Part shown: positions 14,731 to 20,000 of the stretch, piece by piece
How positions within the stretch are numbered: position 1 is the first letter of the stretch
How the letters are laid out: each line of letters begins with the position of its first letter
Position numbers and translations under genes: made by a program
Origin: Actinomycetes bacterium
GTDB lineage: Bacteria; Actinomycetota; UBA4738; HRBIN12
Assembly: GCA_025351565.1 (NCBI GenBank)
Contig: JANXVR010000263.1
Span: 13,327 to 33,326, forward strand
Direction of reading: 5' to 3'
Length of the DNA: 20,000 nucleotides
The notes under the pieces: model-generated
Databases searched by the model: none
What the model was told of the DNA's origin: nothing
What the model saw: only the letters and a program-made list of their open reading frames with translations

Positions 14731-15552
14731 TTGTCGAACGAAGGATCGAAGGGCGGCAACGACGGCGCCCATCTCACGAAGGCCCAGCGCCGGGAAGAGG
14801 CGCGCCAGAAGCGCCTCGAGATCGAGCGAGGGATGGCTGCGCGCAAGCGCAATCGCAAGATCGGCACGGCGCTCGTGGTGGCGGCCATCGTGGCGGTCGT
14901 CGCGGTGGTCGTCTTCGCTCCGAAGAAGAAGCCGACAACTCCCACGGGGACCCTGCCGAGCATGACCACGCTCATCAGCCAAGCGGACTCGGCGGCGAAG
15001 ACGTCCGGCTGCGACACGGTCGCCGACACGCCCAACTACGGGAACGCTCCAGGCGCGGACCCCGACATGGACCACCACCACATCGGCGACGCCACCGTTC
15101 CGACGCCCCCGCCCCTCAGCAGCTACGCCACGATCCCCCCGGCCTCGGGTCCCCATAACTCGTCGCCCCTGAAGGCCGGCGCGTACGACACGCCGCCCGA
15201 CGTCTACCAGTCGATCCATTCGCTGGAGCACGCGGGCGTGATCATCTGGTACTCCCCGGCCGTGGCCAACTCTCCCGAGATCGCCAGGATCAAGGAGTTC
15301 TACTCCCAGACGGCGAACGTCGGGCAGGCCAAGGTGATCGTGGCGCCGTACGACTACCCCGATCAGGGCGCGGCCGGACAACTGAAGCCGGGCGTCGAGA
15401 TGGCCGTGGTGGCCTGGCATCGCCTGCAGACGTGCGCCACTCCCAGCCTCGCGGTGGCGTTCAGGTTCGCTGCGCAGCACGAGTTCACCGGAGCGCCCAT
15501 CGCGGGCCAGTCCTATATCGGAGTGGCGCGCGAGCAGAACGCGGCCATGTAG
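14731..15552 (+). CDS. DUF3105 domain-containing membrane-anchored protein
   Basis: A charged N-terminal tail (KAQRREEARQKRLEIERG) is followed by a TM helix (IGTALVVAAIVAVVAVVVF). The conserved DUF3105 core follows: PPASGPH ... IHSLEHAGVIIWY ... VVAWH. The proposed start is TTG 14731, with GGAGG 7 nt upstream. An internal ATG 34 codons downstream (MAARKRNRK) is an alternative start. Confidence 0.75.
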   Translation: MSNEGSKGGNDGAHLTKAQRREEARQKRLEIERGMAARKRNRKIGTALVVAAIVAVVAVVVFAPKKKPTTPTGTLPSMTTLISQADSAAKTSGCDTVADTPNYGNAPGADPDMDHHHIGDATVPTPPPLSSYATIPPASGPHNSSPLKAGAYDTPPDVYQSIHSLEHAGVIIWYSPAVANSPEIARIKEFYSQTANVGQAKVIVAPYDYPDQGAAGQLKPGVEMAVVAWHRLQTCATPSLAVAFRFAAQHEFTGAPIAGQSYIGVAREQNAAM

Positions 15553-15564
15553 CTCAGCGGGGGT

Positions 15565-17361
15565 TCAGCTGAGGGTGCATCCCGATGCGTTGCAGGTGAT
15601 GGTGCCGTGTTCGAAGGTCGCGGAGCTGACGCCGCCGCCCCCGTGCACCCGCGAGGTCGGGAATCCAAGCGCCCCCGAAGCCCCGCCGTGGTCCAGGTAC
15701 GCCTGCAGCACCTTGCCCCACAGCGCGCTGGCCCCGACGCCGGTCTTCGAGTAGATCCGGCCGCGGTTCAGATCGATCCTCTCGCAGCCGTTCGGGCAAT
15801 CCAGCGTCTTACCCGCAGCGGTGAGGTCGATGACGTCGCTGATGGGGAACCCGAGACGCCCTGCGGCGCCGCCAGCTGCGCGGTACTCGTCGAGGATCGC
15901 GCCGTTCAGCCACACGTTCACTCCGGCGTCGGCATTGGCGTAGATCGCGCCTTGCTGGAAGTTCTGGCTGCTGCCGCCGGAGAGCTTCTTCGCCGCGCCC
16001 TTGGGAAGACCGGGTGCGCAGTTCGCGGCGTCGTAGCTGGACCGGATCCCGCCGAGGATGTTGCGGTTGGAGTTGACCCAGACCCGGTCGTCGTACAGCC
16101 CCAATCGGGCCCGAAGGTCTGCTCCGCTGACGGATGCGCTCTTACCGTTCGTGCCGTAGGCGGTGATCGTGTCGACCCGGCCCGAAGTGCCACGCTTTCC
16201 GGCGCCGAACCGTGACACGGTCTGGAGTTGCCCGCCGAGCCCGAGCGCGCTGGTCACCGCGTCCGCCGAAAGCGTCTTCGACCAGTTGAGCCATGGATCA
16301 CCGGGCGCGGAAGCTTCACCCGGGTCGCAAACACCGGTGAGGTAGGGGTAGCTCGACTGCGGTGTTCCCCACTGGACCTGGATGTCCTCGGTGTGACCGC
16401 CGTCGGAGGCCGTGAAGAACGTGTCGGCCACGGCGTGCTGGTATTCGACCGCTTCCGAAGCCGTGGCCTGGACGGCGCTCACCCACCGGGCCCCGTCTGG
16501 TCCGCTCGACTTGTTCCAGCCGATATAGGTCTGATCGTTGGCACCGTCCACCACATCGCAGCCGCAGGCGCTCTGCAGCGGATAGTGCTGCATCTTGTAG
16601 ACGGCGTAGCTTCGGGCCGCGACCGCTTGCGCTTCCAGGGCCTGCATCGGCCAACTGCTCGGCATCTCGCCGATGCCCAGGAGGTAGTCCTCCAGGGCGA
16701 TCGGCAGCACGACCTTCATCACGCGCGACGTGGGTGCGCCGGTCATCTCCACCTGGATGTAGCCGCGGTCGTACGAAGCACCGGCCTGCGGGATGGTCAC
16801 GCGAGCCCCGCTGGACACATACGTCGCGAACAGGTCGAGCGACGGGCCACCCACGGGGGCGCCCCCGACCAGCGCGCCGTTCGCATCGACGATCTTGTAG
16901 CCATCAGCGACGGCATGCACCGTCCAGGTCTTGCCGCCCGGCACCTGTCCGATGAGGGTGCCCGTCTCGGGATCTCCCGTCAGGATGCTTACGGGACCGC
17001 CAACCGCATGCAACGAGATCACGGAGTTCCCAGCTGTCAGGCCAACCGTGATGGTTTTCGGGAGCGTGGTCTCGTTCACGACGTTCGTGCCGGAGTAGAA
17101 GTGTTCGAGGATCCGGGTGTGGTTCCATCCTTGCTGGGCCAATCCGTAGGCGCCCCACTGCGACATCCCGAGCCCATGACCCCATCCCGAACCGAAGAAC
17201 GTGAACGTGCCCGGTGCTCTGAGGGTGGCGCCCGGATCGGGCGCGGGGCCCGTGACCAGCGCCGAACCGTTGGCACCGGCCGAGCCGGCGGCACCAGCCG
17301 GGGAGGTGAGCGCTGCGACCACGAAGATCGCGGCGACGAGTGGGAACAGGCGTCGCATCAT
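15565..17361 (-). CDS. secreted SpoIID/LytB domain protein with C-terminal LGFP repeats
   Basis: WGHGLGMSQWGAYGLA and the later YFTASDGGHTED-type region fit the SpoIID/LytB family. The C-terminus carries LGFP repeats (AAGRLGFPISDV, SGALGFPTSRV). I prefer ATG 17361 (MMRRLFPLVAAIFVVAALTSPAGAAGSAGA, a classic signal peptide) over the ORF-track GTG at 17394. The start is uncertain by about 11 codons. Confidence 0.85.
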   Translation of the reverse strand: MMRRLFPLVAAIFVVAALTSPAGAAGSAGANGSALVTGPAPDPGATLRAPGTFTFFGSGWGHGLGMSQWGAYGLAQQGWNHTRILEHFYSGTNVVNETTLPKTITVGLTAGNSVISLHAVGGPVSILTGDPETGTLIGQVPGGKTWTVHAVADGYKIVDANGALVGGAPVGGPSLDLFATYVSSGARVTIPQAGASYDRGYIQVEMTGAPTSRVMKVVLPIALEDYLLGIGEMPSSWPMQALEAQAVAARSYAVYKMQHYPLQSACGCDVVDGANDQTYIGWNKSSGPDGARWVSAVQATASEAVEYQHAVADTFFTASDGGHTEDIQVQWGTPQSSYPYLTGVCDPGEASAPGDPWLNWSKTLSADAVTSALGLGGQLQTVSRFGAGKRGTSGRVDTITAYGTNGKSASVSGADLRARLGLYDDRVWVNSNRNILGGIRSSYDAANCAPGLPKGAAKKLSGGSSQNFQQGAIYANADAGVNVWLNGAILDEYRAAGGAAGRLGFPISDVIDLTAAGKTLDCPNGCERIDLNRGRIYSKTGVGASALWGKVLQAYLDHGGASGALGFPTSRVHGGGGVSSATFEHGTITCNASGCTLS

Positions 17362-17447
17362 AAGAAGGGGGATTCCCCTGGTCGGGCTTCGCACGCTATC
17401 ACATCGGCTCCGCGAGACGGGAAGGTGAGCGGCCGTTCGGGGGACGG

Positions 17448-18467
17448 TCAGGCGGGGCGGTATGTGGTGCCCGATGAGACCCGTTCGCCTTGCAGCGCAT
17501 AGCCATCCGGGACGACGGCGCCCTGGCCCAGAACGGAATCCTCGACCGTCGCGCCGTCACCCACCTCCGCGCCGGCTCCGATGACGCTCCGCACGACCGT
17601 CGCGCCCGCCAAGACGCGCGCGCCGGGATGCAGCACCGAATCGTCGATCTGTGCGCCGGGCCCGACCAGCGCACCCGGCCCGATGGCGACCCAGCGCCCC
17701 AGATGGGCCCTCAGGTCGATCTCGGCCCCTTCCCCGACCCATGGGGCGGCGTACGTCACGTCGTGCACCTTGCCCTCGAGCATGTCGAAATGCGCCTGGA
17801 GGTAGTTCTCGGGCGTGCCCAGGTCGAGCCAGTACGCGTCGGATGGGAACCCGTAGACGGGGCTGCCAGAGGCGATGATCGCAGGGAAGACCTCGCGTTC
17901 GATAGAGGAGGCCTCGCCCGGTTCCCACCGATCGAGCGCCGAGGGGTCGATCAGGTAGGTACCGGCGTTGATCTCCCCGGGGATGAGATCGGCCGGCTTC
18001 TCGCGGAATTCCTCCACCCTGCCGTCCGCGTCCGTGATCACCAGCCCGAACGGGCGGGCGTCGTCCACGCGGTGCAGCGCGATCGTCGCGGCCGCGCCGT
18101 GCTCACGGTGTTTCGCGAGCATGGTGGTCAAGTCAAGGTCGGTCAGGATGTCGCCGTTGAGCGCGAAGAACGGTTCCGTTCCCAGCTGGTCCAGGGCGTT
18201 GACGATGGCACCCCCGGTCCCGAGCGGCGCAGCCTCCGTGATCCAGGTCACGCGCGGGTGCCCCCGCCTCGACTCGATGAACGGAGCGAACGTCTCCTCC
18301 AGATACGGGCTGGACAATACGACCTCGGTGACGCCGTGGCGGCCGAGATGATCCAGAACGTGCGAGAGCGAGGGCCGATCCACGAGCGGCAGCAGGGGCT
18401 TCGGCATGGTCTCGGTCAGCGGCCGCATGCGCGTCCCTTCCCCACCCACCAACACGACGGCCTTCAT
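17448..18467 (-). CDS. manC: NDP-sugar pyrophosphorylase, probable mannose-1-phosphate guanylyltransferase, with C-terminal left-handed beta-helix
   Basis: MKAVVLVGGEGTRMRPLTETMPKPLLPL matches the GGxGTR(L/M)xPLT nucleotidyltransferase signature. C-terminal hexapeptide repeats are present (IGPGALVGPGAQIDDSVLHPGARVLAGATV...). I trimmed the ORF to ATG 18467, which overlaps the upstream stop as TGATG. The position matches Rv3264c. Substrate specificity is inferred, not shown. Confidence 0.85.
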   Translation of the reverse strand: MKAVVLVGGEGTRMRPLTETMPKPLLPLVDRPSLSHVLDHLGRHGVTEVVLSSPYLEETFAPFIESRRGHPRVTWITEAAPLGTGGAIVNALDQLGTEPFFALNGDILTDLDLTTMLAKHREHGAAATIALHRVDDARPFGLVITDADGRVEEFREKPADLIPGEINAGTYLIDPSALDRWEPGEASSIEREVFPAIIASGSPVYGFPSDAYWLDLGTPENYLQAHFDMLEGKVHDVTYAAPWVGEGAEIDLRAHLGRWVAIGPGALVGPGAQIDDSVLHPGARVLAGATVVRSVIGAGAEVGDGATVEDSVLGQGAVVPDGYALQGERVSSGTTYRPA

Positions 18468-19336
18468 CAGCGAACGAACCTCCCTTTCAGCCACGCGATC
18501 TCGGCACGCGCTTCCAACGCCATCCACGCGAACGGGACGGTCACCTTCCGCCACCCCGTCGCTCGGTGCTTACGGTAGTACCGCAGGATGGAGGCCGAAT
18601 GCATACGACTCATCCTGCGTGAGCGGCCCGTCGAAACCCCGATGGCGTGGATGATCTCCACCTTCGGCGTGAAGAGCACCGACCACCCGGCGTTCCGGAG
18701 CCGCGTCGCCATGTCGAGCTCCTCGGCGTAGAGCGGGAACCCTTCGTCGAAGAGCCCGACGGCATCGAGGGCGGCGCGGGGCATCAGCATGCACGCCCCG
18801 CTCACCCAGTCAACGGTTCGTTCGGTCGTCCGGTCCCAGCCTTCCATGTGGTAACGGCGCGTGAACGCGTTCCCCGGCACGAACAGCGAGAGGAATGCGT
18901 GCCCGACCGCGTCGATCACGCTGGGGAAGGGGCGGCCGCTGGGGTACATCGATCCGTCCGGGTTCCGGATGGCGGGGCCCACGATCCCGGCTTTGGGGTT
19001 CTCGCGTGCGGCGGCCACGTAGTCGGCCAGGGTGCCGTGAAGCCATTCGGCATCGGGGTTGAGCAGGAGAACGTAGGGCGCGTCCGTCGTCCCGATCCCT
19101 TGGTTCCAGGCCGGTGAGAGGTAGACGTTCCGGCGGTTCTCGATCACGCGGGCCCACGGATGCGCGGCCACGGCGCGCCGATGCGAGTTGTCGCGCGAGG
19201 CGTTGTCGATGACCAACACGTCGGTGGTGATGTCGCCGCGGTGGGTCTCCAGCGACGCGAGGCACCGTTCCAGATAGCCGCGGGTGTTGTAGTTCACGAT
19301 GACGACGGCGAGCTCGGCGCCCGCAGGTGTCTTCAT
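18467..19336 (-). CDS. family 2 glycosyltransferase, WbbL-like (possible rhamnosyltransferase)
   Basis: 289 aa. GT2 motifs include LAVVIVNYNTRGYLERCLASL, VLVIDNASRDNS, VLLLNPDAE, GACMLMPRAALDAVGLFDEGFPLYAEELDMATRLRNAGW. It lies directly upstream of the ManC-like gene, like Rv3265c/Rv3264c. The acceptor and donor are not determinable from sequence alone. Confidence 0.85.
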   Translation of the reverse strand: MKTPAGAELAVVIVNYNTRGYLERCLASLETHRGDITTDVLVIDNASRDNSHRRAVAAHPWARVIENRRNVYLSPAWNQGIGTTDAPYVLLLNPDAEWLHGTLADYVAAARENPKAGIVGPAIRNPDGSMYPSGRPFPSVIDAVGHAFLSLFVPGNAFTRRYHMEGWDRTTERTVDWVSGACMLMPRAALDAVGLFDEGFPLYAEELDMATRLRNAGWSVLFTPKVEIIHAIGVSTGRSRRMSRMHSASILRYYRKHRATGWRKVTVPFAWMALEARAEIAWLKGRFVR

Positions 19337-19704
19337 GCGGTGCGGGCGACCAGGATGATCCCCGCGATGATGAATGCTACACCCGCCCAGCGGAGCGGCG
19401 GAACGGATTCATGCAACACGGTGAGGGATGCCAACACGATGATCACGTACCCGAGCGCCGCGAACGGATAGGCGAAGGACAACTCGACCCGCGAGAGGGC
19501 GAACAGCCAGACCACCGCGGACAGGCCGAACAGTACGAGCCCGCCCCACACCACGGGCGAGGCCGCCAGATCCTTCAGTCCCCCGGCCCCGAGGGCGATG
19601 TGTCCACCGCCGCCGGCCTTGGTGACCCGGTCGACGCCGACCTTCAACGTGACCTGTGCCACGCCGGCCAGGAAGACCGACACGAGGATGAGGACGATGT
19701 TCAT
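19333..19704 (-). CDS. small 4-TM EamA/SMR-like (DMT superfamily) membrane protein, possible lipid-linked sugar flippase subunit (ArnE/ArnF-like)
   Basis: I trimmed the ORF to ATG 19704 (MNIVLILVSVFLAGVAQVTL), with GAAAGG 7 nt upstream. Four hydrophobic helices are visible in 123 aa. The stop overlaps the GT2 ATG as ATGA (19333-19336). The family call is based on size, topology and context only. Confidence 0.6.
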   Translation of the reverse strand: MNIVLILVSVFLAGVAQVTLKVGVDRVTKAGGGGHIALGAGGLKDLAASPVVWGGLVLFGLSAVVWLFALSRVELSFAYPFAALGYVIIVLASLTVLHESVPPLRWAGVAFIIAGIILVARTA

Positions 19705-19745
19705 GGGGTCGCCTTTCGTATGGGTTGGGGACGGCGCGGGCGCGC

Positions 19746-20000
19746 TCACAGATCTTCCACCGCCGCATCCATCGTGATGAACACCTGGTCGCGGCGCTCG
19801 CCCGACTGCTGAACCTCGAACGAATACCGTTGGTCCTGCACGTGGTAGACGCGGCTCGCATCACGTCCGTGGACGCCCAGGGTCACCCAGTACCGTCCTT
19901 GGACGAGCGGCATCGCGCGAAGATGGAACGTCACCCGCTTCTTCCCGTCGAAACGCCCTAGTTGGATCTGCTCGGAGACGGTGTCGCCGCCGAACACGTA
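19746..20000 (-). CDS. C-terminal fragment of a polysaccharide/teichoic-acid ABC exporter ATP-binding protein (Wzt/TagH-type C-terminal domain); the gene continues beyond the right edge
   Basis: The frame is open to position 20000. The sequence ...FGGDTVSEQIQLGRFDGKKRVTFHLRAMPLVQGRYWVTLGVHGRDASRVYHVQDQRYSFEV resembles the beta-sandwich Wzt_C domain pattern (L.pG.Y.v.lgv ... f.V). Only 84 residues are visible and no ATPase motifs lie within the window. Confidence 0.45.
   Translation of the reverse strand, partial: YVFGGDTVSEQIQLGRFDGKKRVTFHLRAMPLVQGRYWVTLGVHGRDASRVYHVQDQRYSFEVQQSGERRDQVFITMDAAVEDL

Noticed and set aside
15553-15573. A 6-bp inverted repeat CTCAGC-N9-GCTGAG between the convergent stops of the DUF3105 and SpoIID genes, considered as a bidirectional terminator.
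   Set aside because: The stem is short with a 9-nt loop, it overlaps the SpoIID stop codon, and it has no flanking T/A runs. It is too weak to call.
605-18578. Many long ORFs in the supplied track that overlap the called genes on the opposite strand or in other frames. Examples: 605-1507 +, 1664-3043 -, 2125-3060 +, 4070-5230 +, 5136-5972 +, 6527-7471 +, 9280-10512 -, 9486-10403 +, 11738-12991 -, 13647-15035 -, 14449-15480 -, 16228-17502 +, 17490-18578 +.
   Set aside because: Their translations are dominated by Arg/Pro/Gly/Ala with no recognisable motifs. Each overlaps a gene with clear family signatures. Long stop-free shadow frames are expected at about 70% GC.
1-20000. Search for mobile elements, prophage or defence genes, toxin-antitoxin pairs, and tRNA/rRNA/tmRNA genes.
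   Set aside because: No integrase, transposase or recombinase-like translation appears in any frame. There are no terminal inverted or direct repeats flanking a block. No cloverleaf-like tRNA candidates appear in the short intergenic regions. Every sizeable ORF is explained by envelope, F420 or transport functions.

Overview
High-GC (about 70%) chromosomal segment from an Actinomycetota genome, almost fully coding and mostly on the minus strand. All family calls come from reading motifs in the supplied translations. No BLAST, HMM or folding run was possible. From memory, the gene order follows a conserved actinobacterial backbone known in M. tuberculosis as Rv3257c-Rv3265c: manB, whiB2, fbiA, fbiB, a ManC-like nucleotidyltransferase and a WbbL-like GT2. 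Extra genes are interleaved here: an L,D-transpeptidase, a DUF5719-like secreted protein, a 1022-aa GT2 fused to a polytopic membrane domain, a histone-H1-like repeat protein, fbiC, an NCS2 purine permease, a DUF3105 protein and a SpoIID/LytB-LGFP protein. Several ORF-track entries carry spurious N-terminal extensions, so I trimmed them to starts supported by a Shine-Dalgarno (SD) sequence, a signal peptide or a family N-terminus. I saw no tRNA, rRNA, CRISPR array, transposase or integrase. I did not find a clear-cut novel system such as a defence island. The best candidates for under-described biology are (1) a standalone Ala/Lys/Arg repeat H1-like gene, built from near-perfect tandem DNA repeats, lying 23 nt downstream of whiB; (2) the translationally coupled GT2-membrane fusion and DUF5719-like pair next to an L,D-transpeptidase; (3) a palindrome-dense, lower-GC whiB upstream region; and (4) a 28-bp divergent fbiC/fbiA spacer with back-to-back -10-like boxes, suggesting two leaderless mRNAs.
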